From Candidatus Falkowbacteria bacterium (lineage in GTDB: Bacteria; Patescibacteriota; Patescibacteriia; Patescibacteriales; WJLG01), in the NCBI GenBank assembly GCA_963747695.1, contig CAVVFV010000012.1, positions 26,659 to 90,658 of the forward strand: a DNA stretch of 64,000 nt, read 5' to 3'. The notes below the pieces were generated by a model. The model ran no database searches. It worked only from the letters and a program-made list of their open reading frames with translations, and was not told the origin of the DNA. Positions 41,064 through 50,780 of the stretch are shown here, one piece after another. Each line of letters begins with the position of its first letter. Positions within the stretch are counted from its first letter, which is position 1. The translations under genes were made by a program, and so were the position numbers.

Positions 41064-41420
41064 ATGATTTTGTCTATCAATACGATTGGTCAACCGGGGA
41101 TCGAGATCGGCCTGAAAGAAGCGGATAAATTTATCGCGCAAAAAAAGATTGAACCTGGACGAGTGCAGGCGGAAAAATTATTAGCGGCGGTCGAGGCTGT
41201 TTTAAAAATGAAAAAGATCAAGCTGAAGGATATCGAAGCGATCGAGGTAGAAAATAGGGGAGGCAGTTTCACTTCTCTGCGCATCGGCGTGGCCGTGGCT
41301 AATGCCCTCGGGTTTGCCTTGGGAATACCGGTCAAGGGAACGGCCGGACCGGCCAAGATGGTCGAACAGATCAGTATTGTTGAGCCGATGTATGATCGGG
41401 AGCCTGATATCGGGATTTAG
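41064..41420 (+). CDS. tsaB: tRNA t6A biosynthesis protein TsaB (short form)
   Basis: GSFTSLRIGVAVANALGFALGIPV. Confidence 0.85.
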   Translation: MILSINTIGQPGIEIGLKEADKFIAQKKIEPGRVQAEKLLAAVEAVLKMKKIKLKDIEAIEVENRGGSFTSLRIGVAVANALGFALGIPVKGTAGPAKMVEQISIVEPMYDREPDIGI

Positions 41421-41523
41421 TATTTCGTATTTGGTATATCGTATTTCGTATATTTTTTAAAATTTAGGTAATTTGTTAAATTTTTTGGGCGAAATACCAA
41501 ATACGAGATACGAAATACGAATC
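41415..41523. repeat. Inverted 7-mer arms (ATTTCGT)n/(ACGAAAT)n, empty
   Basis: atttagt atttcgt atttggt atatcgt atttcgt ... gcgaaat accaaat acgagat acgaaat acgaat. The tsaB stop lies in the left arm. Confidence 0.8.
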
Positions 41524-41649
41524 GCTGTGCATTACCTGTTAATAACACTTATCCACCTTAAATTTATTTATCAATCGTCCCGTGAGGGCGGTTTTTTTAT
41601 TGGCTAATTTTAAATAACAACCTGCTTGGGGAAAATTAGTCCAAAGTGT

Positions 41650-41720
41650 TTGACGATGGCGGTTTAGTGGTGTACAATTATAGTATGTTGGTGAAAAGTG
41701 GGGAAAGGAGGTGAAATTGG
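41650..41720 (+). promoter_or_regulatory. mraZ promoter with MraZ-binding repeats
   Basis: TTGACG-17-TACAAT, then ~10-bp-period TTGG/GTGG/GAGG/TTGG boxes (41688-41720), as in known MraZ operators. Confidence 0.7.
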
Positions 41721-41895
41721 TATTTCGTATCCCGTATTTAGTATTTCGTAATATTACGAAAGAACGCAGAAAAAAATACTACGCATTTTGCGGGGGTATC
41801 TTTTAAAAAAGATGAGGCGAGTGCCTGCGCCGCTGTTGAATCGCATTTATTTGTTTCGAAGTTTTAAAGTATATACGAAATACCAAATACGAAAT
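41717..41895. repeat. Inverted 7-mer arms (ATTTCGT family) enclosing a structured insert, in the mraZ 5' UTR
   Basis: Left arm 41717-41750, right arm 41874-41895. The interior resembles the reverse complement of 23946-24026. Confidence 0.7.
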
Positions 41896-41897
41896 TT

Positions 41898-42329
41898 ATG
41901 TTTATTGGCGAATATAGCCACAATTTGGATAGCAAAGGCAGAATTGCCGTACCGGCTAAATTTAGGAATATGCTGGAAAAAGGGGCAGTTGTCACGAAAG
42001 GACTGGATAACTGTCTTTTTCTGTATCCAAAAACCAAATGGGAAGAGATAGCGCAAAAATTCGCCAATTTGCCGGTTAGCCAGGCCAAGGCCAGAGCTTT
42101 TGCCCGCCATATGCTGGCCGGGGCGATGAATGTTGAGTTTGATAACCAGGGCCGAATAAATTTACCTGAATATTTAAGAAAATTTGCTAATTTGAAAAAG
42201 GAAACCATCATTGCCGGCTTGTTCGATCGGCTCGAGATCTGGGATGAAGCGGCCTGGAATAAATATAAAACAGCGACTGATAAAGATTCTGGCCAGATTG
42301 CTGAAGCTTTAGGGGAACTTGGGGTATAG
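41898..42329 (+). CDS. mraZ: Transcriptional regulator MraZ
   Basis: MFIGEYSHNLDSKGR, DNQGRINLP, EIWD. Confidence 0.97.
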   Translation: MFIGEYSHNLDSKGRIAVPAKFRNMLEKGAVVTKGLDNCLFLYPKTKWEEIAQKFANLPVSQAKARAFARHMLAGAMNVEFDNQGRINLPEYLRKFANLKKETIIAGLFDRLEIWDEAAWNKYKTATDKDSGQIAEALGELGV

Positions 42330-42339
42330 AAGATCTGTG

Positions 42340-42462
42340 AATATAATCCGAATGCTACGAATGTCAATCCGAATCTACAAATGACATCCGAATTATCCGA
42401 ATAGGTTTATTATCCATTCGGATGATATTCGTAGATTCGCCGAAAATTCGTAGATTCGAATT
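42340..42462. repeat. CGAAT-family inverted arms
   Basis: tccgaatg ctacgaatg tccgaat ctacaaatg ... attcggatg attcgtag attcg attcgtag attcg. Confidence 0.7.
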
Positions 42463-42469
42463 AAATTTT

Positions 42470-43405
42470 ATGGAGTATCAACACACCCCGGTAATGCTAA
42501 AAGAGGTAACGGAATATCTGAAACCCGAACCAGGAGGATATTTCATTGATGGCACGCTGGGCGGCGGCGGATATACCGAGGCATTGTCGAAAATTATCGG
42601 GGCGGACGGAAAAATTTTGGCAATCGATCTGGATCAACAAGCTATTGATAATACCGCCCGAAAAAAATTAAGCAACGTAGTTTTAGTTAAAGATAATTTT
42701 GCTAATTTATCGGCGATCATTGCCGAAACCGTGGAACCGGGAAAATTATTCGACGGGTTTGTTCTGGATTTGGGCCTTTCCTCGTTTCAGCTGGCCGATC
42801 TGCGACGCGGTTTTTCTTTCCGAGAAGATTCTCCGCTGGATATGGCTTTCGCTTCCGATGGCGGCGATCACAAAACTCGGGACCTCGTAAATAACTGGCG
42901 CGAAGAGGATCTCCAAAGGATAATTTTCGCTTACGGCGAAGAAAAAAATGCGCGGCGGATCGCCAAGGGGATCGTGGAACGCCGGAAATCCGGCCGGATC
43001 GAAACGACCGGGGATCTGGTGGAGATCATAAAAAAAGCTATTCCGCGCCGTTTGTGGAGCGCTAAAGTCCATCCGGCCACCAAAACATTCCAGGCCTTGC
43101 GGATCGCCGTCAACCATGAATTGGAAAGTTTAGAGAAGGTTTTGCCACAGGCAACGGCGGCCTTAAAAAGCGGCGGCCGTCTAGTGATAATTTCCTTTCA
43201 CAGTCTCGAAGACCGGATCGTTAAAGACTACTTCAGACAGGAAAGCCGTGATTGCCTTTGCCCGCCGGAAATTCCAATCTGCCGTTGCGGCCATCTTGCC
43301 TCGATCAGAATAATCACCAAAAAACCCGTCCCGCCGAGCGAGGGAGAAATTGAGCTCAATCCGCGCAGTCGCAGCGCGAAGATGAGGGTGGCAGAGAAGA
43401 TATAA
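42470..43405 (+). CDS. rsmH: 16S rRNA m4C1402 methyltransferase
   Basis: HTPVMLKE, DGTLGGGG, DLGLSS, FQALRIAVN, FHSLEDR, NPRSRSAK. Confidence 0.97.
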   Translation: MEYQHTPVMLKEVTEYLKPEPGGYFIDGTLGGGGYTEALSKIIGADGKILAIDLDQQAIDNTARKKLSNVVLVKDNFANLSAIIAETVEPGKLFDGFVLDLGLSSFQLADLRRGFSFREDSPLDMAFASDGGDHKTRDLVNNWREEDLQRIIFAYGEEKNARRIAKGIVERRKSGRIETTGDLVEIIKKAIPRRLWSAKVHPATKTFQALRIAVNHELESLEKVLPQATAALKSGGRLVIISFHSLEDRIVKDYFRQESRDCLCPPEIPICRCGHLASIRIITKKPVPPSEGEIELNPRSRSAKMRVAEKI

Positions 43406-43451
43406 AAAATTTTTGCATTGAAAAAAAACTTAAGATCATTCGTCGAACTTT

Positions 43452-43583
43452 AAAATCCGAAGCACAAAATCCTAAATCCTAAACAAATCCAAAGGTTCAA
43501 AATCCTAAATCTGAAACAATTTTTAATTTTTGACATTTGAATTTTTAATTTGTTTCGGATTTCGTGCTTAGAATTTCGGATTT
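43452..43583. repeat. Inverted 7-mer arms (AAATCCN)n/(NGGATTT)n, empty
   Basis: aaatccg aagcaca aaatcct aaatcct aaacaaat ... atttgttt cggattt cgtgctt agaattt cggattt. Confidence 0.8.
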
Positions 43584-43663
43584 AGCCATAGCCCTTGCAT
43601 GCAAGTATTCCAAGGATTTAAGCAAATTTAATAATATATTTAAATAAAAACAAAAATAAAACC

Positions 43664-44005
43664 ATGACACAAAAGTACGACGGGGTTTACTCCCAAAAAA
43701 TCGAAAAGAACCAGCCGCAATGGATGAATATCAGAACCGTGAATTTTTTGTTGCTGACTTTAATTATCGCGGGCGCTTTGTATTATGTAACCGGAATCAA
43801 TGATTTGGTGGTAAAGGGCTTCACCTTGCAGGAGTTGAAAGCAAAAGTCAACCTACTCCAGGAGGAAAACCAGAACTTAACGGTGCAAACCGCGTCTTTG
43901 CAGTCATACAATGATTTGGCTAAAAGGATTGCCGATTTAAAGATGGTGGCCGTTGACAATGTCGATTATCTAAAAGTCGGTTCCGGAGTGGCTATGGCAC
44001 GATAG
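43664..44005 (+). CDS. FtsL-like cell division protein
   Basis: TM helix plus leucine-zipper coil, at the syntenic position between rsmH and the PBP. Confidence 0.75.
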   Translation: MTQKYDGVYSQKIEKNQPQWMNIRTVNFLLLTLIIAGALYYVTGINDLVVKGFTLQELKAKVNLLQEENQNLTVQTASLQSYNDLAKRIADLKMVAVDNVDYLKVGSGVAMAR

Positions 44006-44072
44006 CAGAGAGCAGAGGAACAAAGAGCATAGAGCAGGGTTAATATTCGAGCCCGACATTACAAGCAAGCTT

Positions 44073-44187
44073 AATTAGTCGATTAGTTAATTGGTTAATT
44101 AGTTTTATTGCAAAAAAGTTTCGGCTAATTTTATTATCGAAGCCTAATTTTACTAAAACTAAGCACCTAATTAACTAAGCAACTAAT
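44073..44187. repeat. Inverted 8-mer arms (TTAGTT family), preceded by an (AGCAGAG)n single arm at 44003-44037
   Basis: attagtcg attagtta attggtta attagtt ... actaagca cctaatta actaagca actaat. Confidence 0.75.
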
Positions 44188-44223
44188 GACATTGTTTATT
44201 GTTGAAAATCAAAAATTCGGACA

Positions 44224-46302
44224 ATGCTAAAAAACAGGCGCGACAATCGAAATTCTGCCCACAATAATCGCATTAATATTTTAATCGCGATTGTTTTTTT
44301 ATTCGGCGCTGCCATCGTCGGCCGGCTGTTTTATCTGCAGGTTTTAAAGCACGGGTTCTATCTGGCCGAAGCAAACAGCCAGCAGCAGACCGAAACCACT
44401 CTGATTCCGGATCGGGGAAAAATTTACCTTGAAGACCAGCCCAGTAAAACGACCGGCGAAGTTTTATATCCCTTGGCCACCAATAAGCAATTCGCCTTGC
44501 TTTATGCGATTCCCCGCGACATCAAGAGCCAGGCGGAAGCCGCGGATATCGCCGGCAAACTTTTTTTTGTCTTTGACGAGGCCAACGCGGGAAAACAAGT
44601 CGATGATAGCTTCGTCCAAACCGATCAGGCCGAGCTGGCGGCTGAGTTGGCGCCGACTGCTTCGCTGCCGGCGGACCAAAAGAAGATCCAGGCCGCCGAG
44701 ATCACTCACCAATATAATTTGCTTCACGCCGATAAGACTTGGCTCGCTAACCGGGCCAAGAAACGCGATGAAGCGATCCAGAATATCAAAGACGCGGATA
44801 TCGCCGCCTACCTGGCAATTTTAAGCCGGAGCGATTCGCAATACGCGCCTTTGGAAAAAAAAGTCAGCGAGGATGATTTGAAAAGATTCTACTCGCTATT
44901 CCTTGATCCGGACGGCCAACAGATAGTTTATGACAAATTAGAAATCAATAACGGCAAGGTCGAGGAAATACTTGCCGATAACAGCCAAAGAGAAATCCAT
45001 CCCAACGGCATCTATCATTCAATGCAGACTTATCGTTTTTATCCGGAAAATGACGTCGGCTCGCAGCTCTTGGGTTTCGTGCGTTCGGATAATAATACGC
45101 TCACCGGAAATTACGGCTTGGAAGGTTTTTTTGACAAAGAGTTAGCCGGCGTCAACGGCTATATCAAATCGGATATCGGAGCCGGATCGGATGTCGGCAT
45201 CCTTAACGGGCAGGAATACGTCAAACCGACCAATGGCTCCGACTTGATCCTGACGATCGATCGCTCGATTGAATTTTATGCCTGCGAACAATTGAAAGAA
45301 GCGGCGCAGCTGCATCAATCGGATTCGGCCAGCCTGGTGGCGGTCGATCCCAAAACAGGAGCGATCATCGCTATGTGCAACTGGCCGGATTTTGATCCGA
45401 ACAATTATCAGTCAGTAACCGATATGAATGTGTTTAACGATCCGATCGTCTTCCAGCAGTACGAACCCGGTTCGGTTTTTAAAGCGGTTACCATGGCGGC
45501 TGCCTTGAACGAAGGCAAGGTCACCCCGGATACGACTTATGAGGATAAGGGATTTGTAATGGAAAAAGGTTGGAAACAGCCGATCAAAAATGCTGAAGCC
45601 GGCGCGCACGGAGTAGTAACTATGACTTACGTCTTGGAGGAATCTTTGAATACTGGCGCGATTTTCGCCATGCAGCAGATCGGCGCCCCGACCTTTGCCA
45701 AATACGTGCAAGCCTTCGGGTTTGGCGTGCGTTCCGGAGTGGAACTGGAATCGGAAAGTCCCGGCAATATCAACAATCTGCTGGTGAAGAAAATCAATGA
45801 TCTGGACGCGGATACTGCTTCTTTCGGGCAGGGTTTGAGCACTACGCCCTTGCAAATGCTCATGGCATACGCGGCGATCGCCAATGGCGGCATGTTAATG
45901 AAGCCTTATGTGGTCAAAGACATTGTCGATCCTGCCGGTAACCGCGCGGAAACCAAGCCGGTTACAGTCCGACAAGTAATCTCTGAACAAACCGCCAATC
46001 TTTTAACGGGAATGCTGATCTCCGACGTCGAGAGCGGTAATTCGCAAAAAACCAAGATCTCCGGTTATTATGTGGCCGGTAAGACCGGCACGGCGCAGAT
46101 CCCTGATAAGGGCGGCTATCTGCTTAATCAGACGATTCATACTTTTATCGGTTTTGCTCCGGCGGACGATCCGAAATTCGTTATGCTGGTCAAATTTGAT
46201 AATCCCAAAGATTTCCCGTATGCTGATTATACGGCCACCCCGTTATTCAAAACAGTCGCCGATTTTATGCTGCAGTATTACCAAGTGCCTAAGGAGCGGT
46301 AA
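44224..46302 (+). CDS. ftsI: Class B penicillin-binding protein (FtsI-like)
   Basis: RGKIY, RFYP, GLEG, EPGSVFK (SxxK), SLN (SxN), KTG. Confidence 0.92.
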   Translation: MLKNRRDNRNSAHNNRINILIAIVFLFGAAIVGRLFYLQVLKHGFYLAEANSQQQTETTLIPDRGKIYLEDQPSKTTGEVLYPLATNKQFALLYAIPRDIKSQAEAADIAGKLFFVFDEANAGKQVDDSFVQTDQAELAAELAPTASLPADQKKIQAAEITHQYNLLHADKTWLANRAKKRDEAIQNIKDADIAAYLAILSRSDSQYAPLEKKVSEDDLKRFYSLFLDPDGQQIVYDKLEINNGKVEEILADNSQREIHPNGIYHSMQTYRFYPENDVGSQLLGFVRSDNNTLTGNYGLEGFFDKELAGVNGYIKSDIGAGSDVGILNGQEYVKPTNGSDLILTIDRSIEFYACEQLKEAAQLHQSDSASLVAVDPKTGAIIAMCNWPDFDPNNYQSVTDMNVFNDPIVFQQYEPGSVFKAVTMAAALNEGKVTPDTTYEDKGFVMEKGWKQPIKNAEAGAHGVVTMTYVLEESLNTGAIFAMQQIGAPTFAKYVQAFGFGVRSGVELESESPGNINNLLVKKINDLDADTASFGQGLSTTPLQMLMAYAAIANGGMLMKPYVVKDIVDPAGNRAETKPVTVRQVISEQTANLLTGMLISDVESGNSQKTKISGYYVAGKTGTAQIPDKGGYLLNQTIHTFIGFAPADDPKFVMLVKFDNPKDFPYADYTATPLFKTVADFMLQYYQVPKER

Positions 46303-46385
46303 GCAGAAGTAAGAAGTATGAAGTTAGAAGTAAGAAGTTTTTATAAGATTTCTTACTTCTAACTTTTTACTTCTAACTTTCTAAT
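46301..46385. repeat. Inverted 7-mer arms (AGAAGTW)n/(WACTTCT)n, empty
   Basis: agaagta agaagta tgaagtt agaagta agaagtt ... tacttct aactttt tacttct aactttc; fills the ftsI-murF gap. Confidence 0.8.
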
Positions 46386-46387
46386 CT

Positions 46388-47683
46388 ATGTTTAAAAAAA
46401 TAATATTATTAAAATTGAAGTGGCTGGCTAAAATGATTTTAGCTAAATACAAGCCAAAAATAGTCGGCATTACCGGCAGCGTAGGAAAGACCAGCACCAA
46501 GGATGCGGTTTTTTGCGTGCTCAAAACCAAATTCCGCGTCCGGGCGAGCATTAAGAATTATAACAATGAATTCGGTTTGCCGTTGTCGGTGATCGGGTCT
46601 GATTCGCCCGGGAAAAATTTTTTCGGTTGGCTGGCGGTTTTTTGGCAAGCTTATTGGCTGATCCTTTTTTTCGCCAAGGATTATCCCGAAGTGTTGATTT
46701 TGGAAATGGGCGTCGATAAGGTCGGCGATATGGATTATCTGACCAGCATCGTCAAGTGCGATGTGGGGGTGATCACGGGGATCGGCGAAGCGCATTTGGA
46801 AGCTTTTGGTTCGGTTGATAAGATCCAACTGGAAAAAGGAAAGCTGTTGAAAAAATTGGCCAAGAATGGCTGGGCAATCCTCAATTTTGACGATGAGAAG
46901 ACTAAGGCGCTCGCCGCCGAAAGCAAAGTCCGGGTTTTGGGTTATGGATTCAATCCCGGCGCCGAAGTCAGCGGCAGTAATCTGCAATTCAAATTCGAAG
47001 AGTCGAGGAACTTGGATAATTTGCTCGGTCTGACTTTTAAAGTTAGTTATGAAGGTTCGATGGTTCCGGTGGTCTTACCCGAAGTCATCGGCGGCGGCGC
47101 AGTTTACGCGGCGCTGGCGGCGATCGCGGTCGGACTGACCTTCAAGATCAATCTGGTGGAGATTGCGGCGGCCTTGCAGAAATTCGTTTCACCCAAAGGT
47201 CGAATGAAATTGATCGACGGGATCAAGCATACTTTATTGATTGACGATTCTTATAATTCTTCGCCGCAATCTTCGCTCGCGGCGATTGATTTCATCAAGC
47301 GGATCGAAACCGACCAGCCCTTCCGCAAGATCGCCGTTATGGGCGATATGCTGGAATTAGGTACTTACTCTGAAGCCGGACATCGCGAAGTCGGCCGTGC
47401 CGTAGCTGTTGCCAAATTCGATTTGCTCGTCACGGTAGGCGAGCGGGCGAGAGAGATTAGCCATGGCGCCAAGGCGGCCGGGTTGGCTGATGATCAAATA
47501 TTCAGTTTTTCTCATAACGCCGAAGCCGGTTTGTTCGTCCAGGATCGTTTAAAAGCCGGCGACCTGGTCTTGATCAAAGGATCGCAAGGCGCCCGGATGG
47601 AACAGGTCGTCAAGGAACTGATGGCAAATCCGCTCGAGGCCGGCATTCTGCTGGTTCGCCAGGGAGCCGAGTGGAGCGCGTAG
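46388..47683 (+). CDS. murF: UDP-MurNAc-tripeptide:D-Ala-D-Ala ligase
   Basis: GITGSVGKT, NYNNEFGLP, LEMG, DDSYNSSP, GDMLELG, KGS. Confidence 0.93.
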   Translation: MFKKIILLKLKWLAKMILAKYKPKIVGITGSVGKTSTKDAVFCVLKTKFRVRASIKNYNNEFGLPLSVIGSDSPGKNFFGWLAVFWQAYWLILFFAKDYPEVLILEMGVDKVGDMDYLTSIVKCDVGVITGIGEAHLEAFGSVDKIQLEKGKLLKKLAKNGWAILNFDDEKTKALAAESKVRVLGYGFNPGAEVSGSNLQFKFEESRNLDNLLGLTFKVSYEGSMVPVVLPEVIGGGAVYAALAAIAVGLTFKINLVEIAAALQKFVSPKGRMKLIDGIKHTLLIDDSYNSSPQSSLAAIDFIKRIETDQPFRKIAVMGDMLELGTYSEAGHREVGRAVAVAKFDLLVTVGERAREISHGAKAAGLADDQIFSFSHNAEAGLFVQDRLKAGDLVLIKGSQGARMEQVVKELMANPLEAGILLVRQGAEWSA

Positions 47684-47741
47684 GAACGCAATATTTTGCG
47701 TTCAAAATAAATCGCAGGAACGCAAGATATTGCGTTCCTAC
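47680..47741. repeat. GTAG-type REP doublet, copy 4 (supplies the murF stop)
   Basis: GTAGGAACGCAATATTTTGCGTTC...GGAACGCAAGATATTGCGTTCCTAC. Confidence 0.8.
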
Positions 47742-47783
47742 AGTTTTATATGTCACAAAATTGAAGTAAAACCGTTAATATAT

Positions 47784-48353
47784 ATGAACGAAGAAATGAG
47801 TAAAATCGAGCCGAGCGTACTGATGCAAAGAGCTCAGAATGGCGATAAAGAAGCGTTTGGCTTGATTTATGAGTCTTATTTTAGCCATATTTATCGGTAT
47901 ATTTATTTCCGGGTGCAGAGCAAGGCAGTGGCGGAAGATATCACTCAGACAGTTTTCTTAAAAGTTTTTGAAAAATTATCTTCCTATCGGGAAAAATCGC
48001 GACCGCCCTTGGCTTATTTGTTCACTGTGGCGAGAAATAAAGTAATCGACTATTGGCGGAAAAATAAACAGACGGTTCAAGATCCGGAAAAGGATCTGAG
48101 CAAAATTCCCGAAACAGTCGATTCGGCTGCTGAAATAATTTCGCGGACCATCGCCATGGAAAAGATCAGCGCGGCTTTGGAAAATATTCCCGGAGATCAG
48201 CGCGATGTGATAATTTTTAAATATCTTAACCAGTTATCTTATCCGGAAATCGCCAAACTGCTAAAGAAAAAAGAAGCGGCAATCCGAAAATTGGCCAGCC
48301 GGGGATTAAATAGTTTACGAGAATATTTTAAAGGAATTGATCTATATGACTGA
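47784..48353 (+). CDS. ECF RNA polymerase sigma factor
   Basis: AEDITQTVFLKV, YLFTVARNKVIDYWR, region 4 LSYPEIAKLL. Start at ATG 47784. Confidence 0.93.
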   Translation: MNEEMSKIEPSVLMQRAQNGDKEAFGLIYESYFSHIYRYIYFRVQSKAVAEDITQTVFLKVFEKLSSYREKSRPPLAYLFTVARNKVIDYWRKNKQTVQDPEKDLSKIPETVDSAAEIISRTIAMEKISAALENIPGDQRDVIIFKYLNQLSYPEIAKLLKKKEAAIRKLASRGLNSLREYFKGIDLYD

Positions 48354-48861
48354 AGCGGGTTGGGAAAAATTAATTGCGGATAGTTTGCGGGAAGCGGATC
48401 GGAATATTGCGCCGCGCCGCGAATTGTTGTCGGAAATTATCAAGTCGGCCGGGAAGCCCGCGATTTTAAGGCCGTCGATTCGCGCTAACCAAGCTTGGAA
48501 AATCTTTTCAAGTTTTTCTTTAGGCCAGCAAATATTCGCGGCAGTCGGAGCAGTAATGATCATCGCCGCTGTCCTGGTGTCACTGCCCGGAAATTTAAAT
48601 AAGCTTAATCAATCTGCCACCAGTCAGCCCACGGTTAGCCAGGCTTCTCCGGCTCAACCTACGGTGATTGCGGCAGTTCAAGATATTAATAATGAAACGC
48701 CCACCAGCGATGATGTTGATGCGGCGGTGACCGCCATTTTAGCTTCCGTTTCCGATGAGGATTCAACGTTAACCAATGAGGTAAGCGATGAATCATTGTC
48801 TGATGACGACAGCGCGACGGTCAATAATTTAATCCAAAATTATGATCAAGATGAATTCTAG
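48346..48861 (+). CDS. Putative anti-sigma factor (single TM)
   Basis: Overlaps the ECF stop; N-terminal cytoplasmic helix, TM, acidic tail. Confidence 0.65.
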   Translation: MTEAGWEKLIADSLREADRNIAPRRELLSEIIKSAGKPAILRPSIRANQAWKIFSSFSLGQQIFAAVGAVMIIAAVLVSLPGNLNKLNQSATSQPTVSQASPAQPTVIAAVQDINNETPTSDDVDAAVTAILASVSDEDSTLTNEVSDESLSDDDSATVNNLIQNYDQDEF

Positions 48862-49636
48862 AGTGATCATTCCGGTCGTAGCCGGATTAGTGCTGGGAGT
48901 GTCGCTTTACGCTTCCGCGGCTCTCGCGGATACGGCCACCGGCACAAGCCCGGCATTGACCAAGCCGACTCCGCCGAAGACCACTTGTAACGTCTATTCG
49001 GACAAAGCGGCTAAAGCGGTGCAGAATCTGGCGAACAAACAAGCCAAGCTTGATTCCAATCGGGTAAAGCAGCTCTCCCGATTGAACATTAATCGCGCCA
49101 CCAATGATCAGAAATTAGCGGACAGCCGTTTGAACGCCGATCAGAAACGGGCCGATGCCATTGCCAAGCTGGAAGGCAAGAATTTGACGGACGCTCAAAA
49201 AGCCGCCGTGACCGCTTTTCAGACCGCGGTTACCCAGGCTGTCGCTACCCGCCAGGCCGCCGTTGATGCCGCCATCGCCGCTTATCGGACGGCGTTAGAT
49301 CAGGCGATCAGTTCTCAGGGAACCGGCATTAACACGGCGACGACCACTTACGCGGCTGCCGTGCAAGCGGCTTACGCCAAAGCCCTTTCCGATTGTCAAT
49401 CTAATGTCGCTCCCAAGACCGTCCGCGCGAATTTGAATGCGGCTCTCAAGGCTGCCAAGCAAGCATTTACTGCCAGCCGCCAAAGTGTCACCAAACTTTC
49501 GGCGACCATCAGTCCCTTGGCTAAAACCCGCCAGCAGGCGATCACCGCCGCTGAAACCGCTTTTAAAACCGCTATTACTTCGGCCACCGCTACTTTGAAA
49601 GCGGCTTTCCCGGCCAAAACGAAAACAACGAAATAA
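48851..49636 (+). CDS. Secreted Ala/Thr/Lys-rich coiled-coil protein
   Basis: Signal peptide ALA-D, helical repeats; terminator 49654-49676. Confidence 0.75.
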   Translation: MNSRVIIPVVAGLVLGVSLYASAALADTATGTSPALTKPTPPKTTCNVYSDKAAKAVQNLANKQAKLDSNRVKQLSRLNINRATNDQKLADSRLNADQKRADAIAKLEGKNLTDAQKAAVTAFQTAVTQAVATRQAAVDAAIAAYRTALDQAISSQGTGINTATTTYAAAVQAAYAKALSDCQSNVAPKTVRANLNAALKAAKQAFTASRQSVTKLSATISPLAKTRQQAITAAETAFKTAITSATATLKAAFPAKTKTTK

Positions 49637-49742
49637 TAATTTAGAATAATCACGAAGAGGCCGCCCGGCCTCTTTTGTGTTGGAGATAAAAAAAGGAGTG
49701 TCGCTCTCGACACTCCGGCTATTTTGATTTGGGCAATGATTG

Positions 49743-50618
49743 TTATTCAGTTTTGGGAGCAGGCAATGCCTTGGCTATATCGATCATCGAGAAAACCTCG
49801 CCCTTTTTTCCGAGCTCCATCTGTTCACGGAGAAACAAGAAAGCCTGTTTTGCACCTTCGGCGTAAGGTTCGCGGCCATTGATGTTGTGAATGATTCGGA
49901 AGAACATGATGTCGCCGAGAGCCAGGATGTATGAATGCCATCCGTGGCCGTCAAGATATTTTTTCGCAACACCCATTTTGTATTGTTCATACTTATCACG
50001 AACCATCTCGATGCCTCCCTCGAGTATGGCGCCCAAAGCCTTGAAATATCCGACCATGGCTTTGGCCGTGCCGCTCGTTTCCTGACCCTTTGATTCCTGA
50101 TGACTTTCTTTGACCTTCAGAGAAAAATCTTTGAAGGCGTTGGGAAAAGTCTCGGCGCCGTATTTCATCATGGCTTGCAGTGCCACCACTTGTAGGCACA
50201 TATTCGGCGCGACAACCGCGCAGATTTCTGACCGCTTTACCAATTCCGTGATCTCGGCAAGATCGCCACCGACGGCTCCCAGGACAAAAGGGATTTTATA
50301 GGTACAGTAGAATTCCACATTGCTCCGGATGCTTTCCGCGCGCTTTTTAAGATCGGCTGACCGTGAAAAATCAATCACGTAAACATTCCATCCGCCGATT
50401 CTTTCTTGTTCCACGAACCAGGGCCATTTTTCGCGCTGAAGTAATCCGATCTTGGCGCCGCCGATCGTGACGGTTTTATCGGTTATTTCCGGCCCGGTAA
50501 AGGCGTTCCGCGAAAGGAGATAATTCTTCCAGCTGTCTTCCGCGGCCAATATTTTTTCTGCCGCCGCGGTCGGCATTTTCCCCGGCAAACCTGCGATAAT
50601 AACGATTGGCCTGCTCAT
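49743..50618 (-). CDS. dapB: 4-hydroxy-tetrahydrodipicolinate reductase (plant/deltaproteobacterial-like type)
   Basis: AGLPGKM, PFVLG, APNM, ESHQESK..TSGTA, GHGWH. Confidence 0.85.
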   Translation of the reverse strand: MSRPIVIIAGLPGKMPTAAAEKILAAEDSWKNYLLSRNAFTGPEITDKTVTIGGAKIGLLQREKWPWFVEQERIGGWNVYVIDFSRSADLKKRAESIRSNVEFYCTYKIPFVLGAVGGDLAEITELVKRSEICAVVAPNMCLQVVALQAMMKYGAETFPNAFKDFSLKVKESHQESKGQETSGTAKAMVGYFKALGAILEGGIEMVRDKYEQYKMGVAKKYLDGHGWHSYILALGDIMFFRIIHNINGREPYAEGAKQAFLFLREQMELGKKGEVFSMIDIAKALPAPKTE

Positions 50619-50780
50619 AATTTAATCCGCCTTTCTGGTTAATATTATTGATTGGAATGTACTAAAGTTATGACTTCGTAATATACCACAAATAACGGTT
50701 ATGTCAAATGGCGGGGTGGATTTTATTTTTTGGCCGTGATATGATATTTTTAATGATTAGTATAAATATTTTTAACTAAT

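Noticed and set aside
41526-41556. Replication origin
   Set aside because: Only three imperfect boxes and no dnaA/dnaN nearby; more consistent with a regulatory site.
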